From NCBI GenBank assembly GCA_049975425.1, contig JBNGDI010000007.1:10431-74430 (forward strand): 64,000 nucleotides of DNA, in the 5' to 3' direction. Position numbers and translations under genes: made by a program. Under the pieces are notes generated by a model that was not told where the DNA came from, ran no database searches, and worked only from the letters and a program-made list of their open reading frames with translations. Source of the stretch: Bacteroidales bacterium. Lineage in GTDB: Bacteria; Bacteroidota; Bacteroidia; Bacteroidales; VadinHA17. Of the stretch, positions 47,518 through 58,300 are shown in pieces (the first letter of the stretch is position 1; each line of letters begins with the position of its first letter).

Positions 47518-50500
47518 ATGAGTGAAGAAATCCTGAAAGCCCTGATGCAGTTGTTTGCTCTGATCGTGAAACAGGATGGTGGCGTTGAACAGAGTGAAAG
47601 AAATTATGTTCTTGGATTTCTTACCAGTCAGCTCAATGATGAAGATGCCAGTGATTATATCCGGTTATTTGATGAATATGCCGGAATTGGTGACGGCCGC
47701 ATCCCATCGAAGGAAAACATCCCAACCACAGTAAAGGATTCTGTAAGGATCCTGAGCATTTGTAAAAAAATCAACCGTACCCTTACCCAGGAGCAGAAAG
47801 TGGTGGTTCTGGTAAGACTGTATGAACTGGTCAACACCGATAAGAAGTTCACCGAGCAGCGAATGAATATCATCAATACTGTGGCAGAGGTTTTCAGATT
47901 CACCAGGGAAGAGTTCACGGACATTGAACATTTTGTGAAGGAAGGGCAGCTTGAGCAGGTCGCATCGGAAAATATCATGCTGATATCAGGAAAAGATATG
48001 GATTGCCCACGTTGCAGGCATATTCGCGTTGAGTCGCTTCCCGGAACCCTTGCTGTGCTCCGGATATCCAGTGTTGACCTGTATTTCCTGAAAGTTTTTC
48101 CCGGCCACGAAGTATCGTTGAACGGTCTGCCTGTCACTCCAAACCGCATTTATCTCCTGGCCCATGGAAGCGTTATTCGCATGCCGATGGGCAAACCGGT
48201 ATATTACAGCGATATTGTTGCACATTTCTACTCCGATGTATCACGGGAGAAGATATCCTTTCAGGTAAATAATCTGACCCACGTTTTCCAATCTGGAGAA
48301 ACTGCCCTTCATCAGATATCTTTTGCTGAAGAAGAAGGGAAGCTCATTGGGATCATGGGCGCCAGCGGGACCGGAAAAACCACTCTGCTGAACATAATGG
48401 CAGGAATGGAAATCCCTACTTCCGGAGAGGTCAGGATCAATCAGATAAATCTCCACCGTGAAAAAGATAAAGTTCAGGGTATCCTGGGGTATATTCCTCA
48501 GGACGATCTGCTGATTGAGGACCTTACCGTTTTTGAAAACCTGTATTATAGCGCCCGGCTGTGTTTCAGCAACTTGTCTGAAAAAGAAATCACCCGCCGG
48601 GTATTCCAAACGCTTCATAACCTGGGATTATATGAGAAAAAAGACCTCAGGGTAGGATCACCCATGAACAAGGTGATTAGCGGAGGGCAGAGAAAACGAT
48701 TGAATATTGCACTGGAACTGATCAGAGAACCTCTCATTCTGTTTGTTGATGAACCCACGTCCGGATTGTCATCAAGAGATTCCGAAAATGTCATGGACCT
48801 GCTTCGTGAACTTTCCCTGAAGGGAAAACTAATCTTCGTAGTAATCCATCAGCCTTCCTCTGAATTGTTTAAAATGTTCGACAATGTTCTGGTTCTGGAC
48901 CAGGGCGGTTACATGGCATATTACGGCAATCCTGTGGAGGCGGTAATATATTTTAAAACGCAGGATGCTCAGATTAACAGGGATATTGGCGAGTGTCCTG
49001 TATGCGGAAATGTGAATCCCGAGCTAATATTCACCATCATGGAATCACAGGTGGTGGATGAGTTTGGACGATATAAAGACAAACGCAGAGTAACCCCGGA
49101 AAAATGGGAAAAACGTTTCAGGGAACATCACAGCCCACAGCCTGTTGAAGAAGTGGTTAAAATTCCCGCCTCACGTACCAGCCTGCCCGGAAGACTAAAA
49201 CAATTTTTTATTTATCTGATCAGGGATGTGAAATCGAAAATTGCCAATCGGCAGTATGTTGTCCTCACCCTGCTGGAAGCTCCGGTGCTTGCCCTTATAC
49301 TTTCATATATAACCAGATATATTGCCGATCCGAATTCACAGGAATATATTTTCCGGGAAAATGAGAATATTCCCATCTATATTTTCATGAGCCTGATTGT
49401 TGCTCTGTTTCTCGGACTTACACTCAGCGCGGAAGAAATTTTCAGGGACAGAAAACTGCTGAAACGTGAATCCTTTCTGAATCTCAGCCGTTTAAGTTAC
49501 CTGATGAGCAAAATTGTACTCCTTTTCAGTCTTTCAGCCATTCAAGCCCTTGTGTTTGTTCTTATCGGCAACAGTATACTGGGTATCCGCGACATGTATT
49601 TTGAATACTGGATGGCCTTTTTTACCACAGCAGCCTTTGCCAATATGCTGGGTTTAAATATTTCCGCCTCCTTTAATTCGGCTATCACCATTTACATCAT
49701 TATTCCGTTGCTGATCATTCCCATGATGGTGCTAAGCGGCGCCATGTTCAGTTTCGACAAACTGAACAGGAATATATCCGGCGTCGGGGAGGTCCCTGTA
49801 ATCGCAGAATTGATGGCAACGAAATGGAGCTATGAGGCCCTCATGGTTCACCAGTTTACCGGTAATAAGTATGAGCGTCTGCTGTACGATGTGGAAAAGG
49901 ATGAAAGCAATACGTATTTCAAATCTGTGGAATATATCCCCTTTTTACAGCAAATACTCAATAAAACGATAACGGCAATGAATCAACCGGAATTGCGTGA
50001 AGAATACACCCGGTATTTGCTGTTACTTAAAAATGAAACCGAATCGGAGCTTGAAATTAACCCTGATATCCCCTTTGCCTCGGCCGGACAGTTACACCCT
50101 GATTCCTTCCGGATAGAAACTGCCATTCTGACCAGAGAATACCTGAACAATCTGAAGGAACATTATGCCAACCTGAGCCGGCAGGCAAGTTTCCGCAAGG
50201 AAAAACTCATGGAATATTACGACCGGCAGGATCCGGACCTTTTCCGTGAATTGCGTAAAAACTATCACAATGAAAGTGTTGCGGATATCGTACGAAATGT
50301 ATATGAACGCCATCCAGTCCTGGTTTACAAGAACCGGGTGGTCAGGCAGTATGAACCGGTCTTTTTTGATCCTGAACCTTCAGGTTACCTGGATTTCAGG
50401 TCGCATTTCTATGCTCCCAGAAAATTCTTTATGGGGAAATACCGTAATACTTTTCACTTCAATATGGGGATTATCTGGATAATGAGCCTGATTTGTTATA

Positions 50501-50610
50501 TAACCCTGTATTTTGAGAGCCTGAAAAAAACAATTCAGTTCTTCGAATCTATCGGAACAAAAAAATTTAATCCGCTGGTATCTTTGGGTAAAATCAAAAT
50601 ATTTCATTAA
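47518..50610 (+). CDS. ABCG-like (NBD-then-TMD) ABC transporter with an N-terminal TerB-like repeat and an FHA-like domain
   Basis: Walker A GASGTGKTT, signature ISGGQRKR, Walker B ILFVDEPTSGLS. An ABC-2-type membrane domain spans about residues 590-790. A soluble region of about 200 aa and one final hydrophobic helix follow. The N-terminus has LMQLFALIVKQDGGVEQSER (TerB-like) and LRISSVDLYFLKVFPGHEVSLNG...GSVIRM (FHA-like). Confidence 0.9.
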   Translation: MSEEILKALMQLFALIVKQDGGVEQSERNYVLGFLTSQLNDEDASDYIRLFDEYAGIGDGRIPSKENIPTTVKDSVRILSICKKINRTLTQEQKVVVLVRLYELVNTDKKFTEQRMNIINTVAEVFRFTREEFTDIEHFVKEGQLEQVASENIMLISGKDMDCPRCRHIRVESLPGTLAVLRISSVDLYFLKVFPGHEVSLNGLPVTPNRIYLLAHGSVIRMPMGKPVYYSDIVAHFYSDVSREKISFQVNNLTHVFQSGETALHQISFAEEEGKLIGIMGASGTGKTTLLNIMAGMEIPTSGEVRINQINLHREKDKVQGILGYIPQDDLLIEDLTVFENLYYSARLCFSNLSEKEITRRVFQTLHNLGLYEKKDLRVGSPMNKVISGGQRKRLNIALELIREPLILFVDEPTSGLSSRDSENVMDLLRELSLKGKLIFVVIHQPSSELFKMFDNVLVLDQGGYMAYYGNPVEAVIYFKTQDAQINRDIGECPVCGNVNPELIFTIMESQVVDEFGRYKDKRRVTPEKWEKRFREHHSPQPVEEVVKIPASRTSLPGRLKQFFIYLIRDVKSKIANRQYVVLTLLEAPVLALILSYITRYIADPNSQEYIFRENENIPIYIFMSLIVALFLGLTLSAEEIFRDRKLLKRESFLNLSRLSYLMSKIVLLFSLSAIQALVFVLIGNSILGIRDMYFEYWMAFFTTAAFANMLGLNISASFNSAITIYIIIPLLIIPMMVLSGAMFSFDKLNRNISGVGEVPVIAELMATKWSYEALMVHQFTGNKYERLLYDVEKDESNTYFKSVEYIPFLQQILNKTITAMNQPELREEYTRYLLLLKNETESELEINPDIPFASAGQLHPDSFRIETAILTREYLNNLKEHYANLSRQASFRKEKLMEYYDRQDPDLFRELRKNYHNESVADIVRNVYERHPVLVYKNRVVRQYEPVFFDPEPSGYLDFRSHFYAPRKFFMGKYRNTFHFNMGIIWIMSLICYITLYFESLKKTIQFFESIGTKKFNPLVSLGKIKIFH

Positions 50611-50645
50611 TTTGTTGATTGCCAAAAAAAACTAAACCACCTGAA

Positions 50646-51551
50646 ATGTCACATAGCTGGTTTTATGGAATAGTAATGGTATGCTTGCTGTTTTCCTGCA
50701 GGAACAGAAGTTCAACCGATGTGGATAATGAATTCTATTTTACCGACACATTTGAAGTAGCAGACTCTTTCGGGATCCATCAGGAAGTCATGGAAGACAT
50801 CATCGAAAACCTGGCTTCCCCTGTTGAAATAGCCGGATTACTGGACAAAATCAACGCCCCCTTCTCAAATACCTACCTTGCTTCAACTGATTATCTGGAT
50901 GATTACAACACAACCTTTAAGAAAGCTGTTGCTCTGGGAGTTTTTGGTGCTGACCTGGGCTATCTGAATATGTACAATATCAATAATACCGTACTGGATT
51001 ATCTTTCTGCCGTAAAATCTCTGGCCGATGATCTGAAAGTTGGGCAGTTTTTTGATTTCAACACTTTGAAAAGACTGGCTACCAACAGTGAGAATCTTGA
51101 TTCACTCATGTTTTTGTCTGTCAGAAGCTTTAACCAGATGGACCAGTATCTCAGAGAAAACAAACGCGGGCATCTCAGCTCATTGATCATGGGAGGTCTT
51201 TGGATTGAGGGCATGCACCTCGCTACCCAGGTGGCCAAAACATCTCCCCATCCCGATCTGTATAACCGCATTGGCGAGCAGAAAATTGTTATCCCTGATC
51301 TTTTAGCTTTGCTGGGAAGGTACCGGGTAGATCCGAAATTTGAGAAGCTCTTTGCCGATCTGGAAAATGTAAAAAATTCCTTCGATAAAGTAAACATTTC
51401 CTATGAAGTGGGAGAACCCGAGATGATTGAAAAAGAAGGAAAGTTGATTTTTATTCAAAACGAAACAAGTCTTGTAGAAATGCCGGACTCTTTGTTGCAG
51501 GAGATTACCCTGAAAATTGAAGACCTTAGAAACCAATTAATCGGGATTTAA
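50646..51551 (+). CDS. Hypothetical lipoprotein, probably mostly alpha-helical
   Basis: Lipobox MSHSWFYGIVMVCLLFSC (ATG at 50646; the ORF-track start at 50619 is a TTG). It starts 36 nt after the ABC gene. No family recognised. Confidence 0.6.
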   Translation: MSHSWFYGIVMVCLLFSCRNRSSTDVDNEFYFTDTFEVADSFGIHQEVMEDIIENLASPVEIAGLLDKINAPFSNTYLASTDYLDDYNTTFKKAVALGVFGADLGYLNMYNINNTVLDYLSAVKSLADDLKVGQFFDFNTLKRLATNSENLDSLMFLSVRSFNQMDQYLRENKRGHLSSLIMGGLWIEGMHLATQVAKTSPHPDLYNRIGEQKIVIPDLLALLGRYRVDPKFEKLFADLENVKNSFDKVNISYEVGEPEMIEKEGKLIFIQNETSLVEMPDSLLQEITLKIEDLRNQLIGI

Positions 51552-51552
51552 C

Positions 51553-51984
51553 ATGAGACCCGTTCTAATGTTCATATCATTCCTTCTTCTCCCTCTGACA
51601 ATCATCGGACAGACTGATCAGAATGACCTGTTTCAGTCCTGCCGGCAACAGGCAGGTGAAGATGCAGTGTATTTGAAGGATTTTGTGGTTAAATTCCCGG
51701 CTGCCAGAGATGGCCAGGATATTCCCGTTTCGAAAAATTCGGTCATCCTTTCAAAAAACATTGTGTACCGATTTACGATCTGTTCTTCCGATCATCTTGA
51801 AGGAGAAGCCATATTGCAATTATGGGATGACCGGCGCATGCTGGTTACAAACCATGTTTCAGGAAAGGTCTATTCTTCCATAGATTTTCACTGCCAGAAA
51901 ACCGGAAGATATCATGTTCTGATATCATTCAAAGAAGGGAAAGCGGGTGAGGCTGTTTCCATCATGAGTTATATAAGAGATTAA
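51553..51984 (+). CDS. Hypothetical small secreted protein
   Basis: Signal peptide MRPVLMFISFLLLPLTIIG. The ATG lies 2 nt after the upstream stop, suggesting translational coupling. No family recognised. Confidence 0.55.
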   Translation: MRPVLMFISFLLLPLTIIGQTDQNDLFQSCRQQAGEDAVYLKDFVVKFPAARDGQDIPVSKNSVILSKNIVYRFTICSSDHLEGEAILQLWDDRRMLVTNHVSGKVYSSIDFHCQKTGRYHVLISFKEGKAGEAVSIMSYIRD

Positions 51985-52036
51985 CACATCTTCCTGTCAG
52001 AAAAAAACAATTCGGCAAGGCCCATCTGCCCGATTT

Positions 52037-53026
52037 TTACAATACATAGGCTGATATTTGTAAATATCCCAGGGCCAATAAATAACCCCATAATAATATC
52101 TCATACTTCCATGCCGGTTGCCTGACGATGAAATAGGATGAAAAAAGGTAGGAAACGGAAAGGGCAACAATCACCAGCATTTCGACTGAAGCTGCAGGGA
52201 TCAGAAAATAACCTGCCAGGGAAATCACAAAAGTCCAGAAAATAATGACCAGATATAACCTTGAGCTCACTTTTCTTGTGTTAAACCGGGCAATCATGTA
52301 AAAGGAGCTCACCAGTATCAAAAGAGCAAGATATCCAAAAAAAACAAAATGGGCCGTAGTGAAATCTTCCCATTCTATCAATTCCGTAATTCCTTTAACA
52401 AACTTTCCCGGCAGGAGTTCCCACTCTCCAGTCACAATGAAATTAATTCCAACATAAAAATAATATGGCAGAAATATTCCAATCAGGGGTGTAAGCCATT
52501 CCCTCCAGTTAAATGTTCTCAGTACAAACTGGGCAATGTAGATAAGCAGGAAAAATATGATCAAGGGAGGATAAAACAGGCTGCCCAGACCGATTAAAAT
52601 GGCTGCCTGGAAAAAATGAAAGCTGGTCCCATTGTACCTGTATGTCTGAAACAGAAGTTTAAGGGCAAAAAACAGAAAAAAACCGGCTAAGATTACCGGG
52701 TGAAACACCTGTGTTCCAGGAAGGGCAGCAGAAAGGGTTACAACAAATAAAGCGGGGAAATAAGTTCGTTCAGGGATAAAATTGAAACGCGTATTCAAAT
52801 GCACAGCCAGAAAAGCATAGGTGACAGTCAGGGTAATCATGATCAATTTCCCGGGAACCTGGTCAGCCCAGTCGGCTAACATCCAGTCCGACAGAGGTCC
52901 GGCAACAGGAACCCATCCGAATCTTTCAGCCTGATAAAAAAACCCTGGCAACCAGATCAACAGGGCAACCAGAACAATAAAAAATATCACCCCCGGCCGG
53001 TAACTTCTTAAAAACCTGACCATCAT
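52037..53026 (-). CDS. Hypothetical polytopic membrane protein
   Basis: 329 aa and almost entirely hydrophobic helices. It lies immediately downstream of purD on the same strand. Confidence 0.65.
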   Translation of the reverse strand: MMVRFLRSYRPGVIFFIVLVALLIWLPGFFYQAERFGWVPVAGPLSDWMLADWADQVPGKLIMITLTVTYAFLAVHLNTRFNFIPERTYFPALFVVTLSAALPGTQVFHPVILAGFFLFFALKLLFQTYRYNGTSFHFFQAAILIGLGSLFYPPLIIFFLLIYIAQFVLRTFNWREWLTPLIGIFLPYYFYVGINFIVTGEWELLPGKFVKGITELIEWEDFTTAHFVFFGYLALLILVSSFYMIARFNTRKVSSRLYLVIIFWTFVISLAGYFLIPAASVEMLVIVALSVSYLFSSYFIVRQPAWKYEILLWGYLLALGYLQISAYVL

Positions 53027-53032
53027 AGAAAA

Positions 53033-54316
53033 TTATGAATGATACCGTTTCAGATCAAATCCAATGTCTTTTCGGAAATATTTTTTCTCAAAATGTATTT
53101 TTTCAATATTCCGGTAGCTCAATTTAAGAGATGAATCCATATTTTCTGCCAGAGCAGTAACAGCAAGTACCCGACCACCGGAGGTAACCAGTTCTTTCCC
53201 ATCACGGCGTGTACCGGCATGAAAAATGAAACAATCTGTGGTATTCTCAAGACCTCTGATGATCTTTCCTTTTTCATAATTACCGGGGTATCCGCCTGAG
53301 GCCAGAACGACAGTACTGGCTGTTTCCGGGACAACCTCGATTTTATGTTCTCTCAACTTACCTTCTCCCGCTGCAACAAGCAGTTCCAGCAAATCACTTT
53401 TAATCCTTGGAATTATCGCCTGTGCCTCAGGATCTCCCAGTCTTACATTGAATTCAACCACATAAGGATCCCCTTCCCTGTTCATCAGGCCAACATATAA
53501 AAAACCAGTATACGGTATATGCTCTTTTCGTAATCCTGTGATTGTTGGGATCACAATTCTTTTTTCCACCTTTTTTAAAAAGCCGTCGTCAATAAAGGGA
53601 ACGGGAGATATCGCGCCCATTCCTCCGGTATTCAACCCCGTATCTCTTTCTCTCGCTCGCTTATAGTCCTTGGCGCTGGGCAGGATCAAATAAGAATCCC
53701 CATCTGTTAAAACAAAAACCGATGCTTCGATCCCTCTCATGTATTGCTCAATCACCACCGTTTTACTGGCATCCCCAAACTTGCCCCCGAGCATTTCACG
53801 CAGTTCCTTTTCCGCATGATTCAGTGTATCCACAATCAAAACCCCCTTTCCTGCCGCCAAACCGTCGGCTTTTAGCACATAGGGCGGCTCCATCCGTTTT
53901 AAAAAAGAAATGCCATCTTCCACGTGCTCTGCATTCACACTGAAAGAAAAGGCCGTAGGTATTCCATACCTTTCCATAAATTCCTTGGCAAAATGCTTGC
54001 TTCCTTCCAGCATGGCGCCCGCCCTGGAAGGACCGATCAAATATATTTCCTTCAGCTTCGCATCCGATTTGAAAAAATCATAAATCCCCTCTACCAGGGG
54101 AGCCTCCGGGCCCACCACTACCATATCGATACGCCTCTCCAGCACTACCCTTTTTATGCTTTCGAAATCATCAGGTGAAACCGGAATATTATCTCCTATG
54201 GAAACCGTACCTCCATTCCCGGGAGCAATAAATAATTCATTCAGTATCGGGCTTTGTGCTATTTTCCAGGCAAGAGCGTGTTCGCGACCGCCTGCTCCAA
54301 GAATAAGTACCTTCAT
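53033..54316 (-). CDS. purD: Phosphoribosylamine--glycine ligase
   Basis: MKVLILGAGGREHALAWK N-terminus, ATP-grasp core, and GPEAPL motif. Confidence 0.95.
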   Translation of the reverse strand: MKVLILGAGGREHALAWKIAQSPILNELFIAPGNGGTVSIGDNIPVSPDDFESIKRVVLERRIDMVVVGPEAPLVEGIYDFFKSDAKLKEIYLIGPSRAGAMLEGSKHFAKEFMERYGIPTAFSFSVNAEHVEDGISFLKRMEPPYVLKADGLAAGKGVLIVDTLNHAEKELREMLGGKFGDASKTVVIEQYMRGIEASVFVLTDGDSYLILPSAKDYKRARERDTGLNTGGMGAISPVPFIDDGFLKKVEKRIVIPTITGLRKEHIPYTGFLYVGLMNREGDPYVVEFNVRLGDPEAQAIIPRIKSDLLELLVAAGEGKLREHKIEVVPETASTVVLASGGYPGNYEKGKIIRGLENTTDCFIFHAGTRRDGKELVTSGGRVLAVTALAENMDSSLKLSYRNIEKIHFEKKYFRKDIGFDLKRYHS

Positions 54317-54414
54317 AAACCATCTGGTATTTTTCAGTAAAGCGTAAACTTATAAAAAATATAAGGCTTCCGGAATAGAAGCCTTATATAGTACAAAAAT
54401 TTTAGTCATTAAGC

Positions 54415-55317
54415 TTACCGCAGAAAGTTACCAAATTGATAAATCAGCATGATTTCATGCGAACCACTGCTTACGGTACGTATATCAGATAGAGAAGCAT
54501 CGTAGCAGTAACCTACCAGAAAAGGCCCATGATTATAACCGGCCATAATGGCAATGGCGTCACCTGTCCGGTAAGATATTCCCAGGGAAACCATTTCGCG
54601 GTACACAGCACGTACATTAATATCTGCCTGAAACTTCCCGGCCTCGATAAATTTCATCAGCAAGGACGGTTCCACTGCAAATTCCCCTCCGGTTTCAAAA
54701 CGGTATCCGCCGTGAAGGTAATAATGCCGAACCTGTCGCTGCTCCAGCAACCTGTCTGTCTGCAGATCCACTCTCCTTTCGAACAACTGAGGTATGGCCA
54801 GACCCACATAATAATTATCTCCGTAAAAATAGGCGCCAAACGATATATCCGGAACAACCATTTTATCGGTTGCCTCAGCCAGTACAAGATCATTGGGATC
54901 TTCCAGGTTCAATGTGCCCACATCAAGAAAATACTGATAAATTAAACCCGACAAACCGAAAGCCAATGTCTGGTCGCCATCATTCAGAGGCAGATGATAG
55001 GCATAGGTAGCCTCAAAACCTGTACGACGCAATGGCCCTGCAGAATAATTAAACACTTTTGCCCCCACGCCCATATGATCGGCAACCTCCAGATGAGCCG
55101 AAAGATTCTGAATGGAAGGGGAACCTTCAAATCCCGCCCACAATTTCCGAAACGAGAATGCCAGGGGGAATCCTTCCTGACTTCCGGCTACAGCCGGATT
55201 AAGATCATACAAATGAAGCATATACTGACTGTTCTGTATCAATTGCTGTGCGCTGCAAGTTAGTGCAAACAGTCCGATGATAGCAATTAGCAGTAATTTT
55301 CTCATGCTGCGGTACAT
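54415..55317 (-). CDS. PorP/SprF-family type IX secretion system membrane protein
   Basis: Signal peptide, then AQQLIQNSQYMLHLYDLNPAVAG, the hallmark N-terminus of PorP/SprF. Beta-barrel-like alternation follows. Its start abuts the stop of the upstream adhesin gene (55317/55318). Confidence 0.85.
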   Translation of the reverse strand: MYRSMRKLLLIAIIGLFALTCSAQQLIQNSQYMLHLYDLNPAVAGSQEGFPLAFSFRKLWAGFEGSPSIQNLSAHLEVADHMGVGAKVFNYSAGPLRRTGFEATYAYHLPLNDGDQTLAFGLSGLIYQYFLDVGTLNLEDPNDLVLAEATDKMVVPDISFGAYFYGDNYYVGLAIPQLFERRVDLQTDRLLEQRQVRHYYLHGGYRFETGGEFAVEPSLLMKFIEAGKFQADINVRAVYREMVSLGISYRTGDAIAIMAGYNHGPFLVGYCYDASLSDIRTVSSGSHEIMLIYQFGNFLR

Positions 55318-58300
55318 TTACTTGATAATACTTACCGTTCCTTTAAGCAGTTCATTGCCATCTCCATAAAGATCAATAATATAGTAATAGGTTCCTGATG
55401 GCAATTCCTTGCCGCCCGAACGCCCGTCCCATGGCTCGGGGTAGCCGGGCTCGGATTCATAAACAAGGCTACCCCATGCATTAAAAATCTTCACAACAAC
55501 GCCGGGATATTCCCATAATCCGTGAATAACCCAGGTATCGTTCGAACCGTCGCCGTTGGGGGTAATGGCGTCAAATATTTCAAACTCCTCAATGTGTATT
55601 TCTTCACTTAATACCGGACCGCAACCATTTACATCGTCCAGCTCAATCTGATATATCCCGGCTGTTAGTCCCGAAAACACACCGGTATTGTTTGAAGCCA
55701 GGGGTTCGGTACCGGTTTTCAGAATATAGGTATAAGGTTCGGTTCCTCCTGTTGCTGTAATGGAAATGGTATTCCCTTCAACCACAGGGTCCCCCAGAAC
55801 CAGCTCAGCAGGTTCCGAAACGGTGAGCATTCCCCCGTCTTCTTCACAACCTATGACATCACGTACCATCACATTGTAGTCACCTGCCGGCAGGCCGGTG
55901 AACTCACTTTCCAAAACCCATGTATTCCCCCCGTCAATCGAATATTCCAGAGGCTCCCGTCCGGAGGCGGTGATGCTGATGGTCCCGTCTGTTTCACCGT
56001 GACACGTGATATCGGTTACATCCACAGTGCTTATCGTAATACCCAGCGGATCAGTAAGTGAAAGCATGCTTCCGCTGGTTTCGCACCCGTTTGCATCCTT
56101 TACTTTTACCTGGTAGTTCCCCGAACAAAGTCCTGTAAATTCACCGGATATCTGCCAGGTGGATCCGTCATCAATAGAATACTCATAAGAAGGAGTGCCT
56201 CCCCCGGCCGAAAGCGAAATGGAACCAGTGCATTCGCCAGCACACTCCGGATCGGTAAATTCTTCCGAAACCATCACCAGCTCGGCTGGTTCTGTAATAG
56301 CTCCTTCAAAGGTTTCTGAACAGTTATTGGCATCGGTAATAAGAAGAGTATAATCACCGGCACATGCTCCGGTAAGGTTCTTGCTTGTTCCCACCAAACT
56401 GCCTCCTCCGTCATACCATTCATAGCTGTAAGGAGTAGTCCCTCCCGATACGGTCATGACAATGCTTCCGTCACAATCACCGAAACAATCCACATGATCA
56501 GGCACAGAGCTGTACTGAATGGCCGGGGGCTCTGTCACCGTATAGGGCCCGAACTGCCGTGAACAACCGTTTTCATCAGTAACGGTAACCCGATAGTTGC
56601 CGGCTTCAAGAAAACGGGCGGTAAGACTGGTTTGCGCAGCCGGATCGTCCCATTGCACACTCAGCAAACCAGTACCCCCTGAAACGGCAACGGTTAGCTC
56701 CCCCTCAAGGTCACCGTTACATGGGTTATTCACGGTAGAAACAAGATTACATGAAATTACCGGAGGCTGGTCAATAGGAATGTTGTTCACTTCAGCCGTA
56801 CAGCCATTGGCATCGGTTACCGTTACAGAATAATTACCGGGACAAAGTCCTGCAACATCCTTGCTGGTGGAGGTGAATCCGGAAGGTCCAACCCATGCAT
56901 AGCTGTAAGGAGGAGTACCTCCGGAAACCAGTGTGAGATCAATTTTCCCGTTACAGGAACCATAACAGGTAACATCTGTTTTATTGTAAGTTATGGAAGG
57001 CAGGCTGGAAGGTTCATCAATGGTCACCTGAACGGTGGAGGGAGAACCGGGGGGTGTTCCGTCATCAGTAACAGTTACTGCATAGGTGCCGGCCGGAGCA
57101 TCAAGCAGTTCATGGGTGGTACTTACCACCAGTCCGCCGGGCACGGTAGTCCATTCATAAGTCAGGCTCCCCACGGCATTTTCCGTACAGACCCTGGCGT
57201 ATCCGTCATTCCCTCCATAACACGATACATCGTTCTGCTCACATATATAAGCAAAAAACAGATATCCGTCGTCAACAGTGATGATGGTATCTGCCGTACA
57301 TGTATTCGCATCGGTTACCGTTACGGAATAATTACCTGCATCACAAAGGCTGGTCAGGTCTTCATCGGTGGAAGTAAAGCCCGATGGACCAGACCAGGAA
57401 TACGCATAACCGGGTGTGCCACCGTTCACCTGCAGATCAATGGCTCCGTTGCATCCGGCTGGCAGGACAATATCCGTTACAGAAGTCCCTTCAAAGGTAA
57501 TCGGAAGAGGTTCATTCACTGAAAAATTCTCCACACCTGTACATCCATTGCCATCCGTTACTGTAACAGAATAATCACCGGCTGTCAGTCCTGTTTGGTC
57601 TTCAGTCTCGGTACTGACCCCCTCTCCTGTCCAGGCAAAGGCATAAGGAGGGGTTCCTCCGCTTACGGTAATATCAATGGCCCCGTTGTTGCCTCCGTAA
57701 CAGCTGACATCAGTAATGTCATATGCGATAGTGACAGGTTCTGGCTCTAAAATTTCAATGTTGACCACTTCCGTCGAATCCCGCACATCTTTTACAGTAA
57801 CCGTATAATCTCCGGCTGCCAGGCCGGTAGCAATGGAATCGTTCAGCATGGCATCATGACTCCATTCATACGTAAAAGGATATACACCAAAGTAAGGTGT
57901 AACAATGATTTCGCCGTCAGACCCCCCGTTACAGGTAACATCCTGTTTGTGCGAAATTGCTACAGAAAAGCCATACTCATAATGGGCTACAAAACCCATA
58001 TACATCGTGGGGTTGGGATTTGACAATGAAAACTCCCCGATTTCAAGGGGATTGGAACGTGAGCGTCCAATAATCAGGGTTTGTCCGTTCTGGTCATAGG
58101 CTACACCCTGTCCTTCATCATGTTCGGTTCCCCCGATACCCTGTCCTCCAACCGGATTACCGTTGCGGTCGAAAATAGCAAACCCTGTGTTCACGTCAGT
58201 GGGCCCGCTGCTCCTCAGGGTATCCTGATTAATCACCAGTTCATCTGCATACATACCGGCAAACTGGACCATTTCCTGAAAAATAGCCAGGCCGTAAGCA

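Noticed and set aside
55700-57950. Periodic repetition in the DNA that could be mistaken for a CRISPR-like or satellite array.
   Set aside because: The period is about 250-280 nt, the copies have diverged, and the whole region lies in one long ORF encoding SprB-type protein repeats. There are no short identical repeats with unique spacers.
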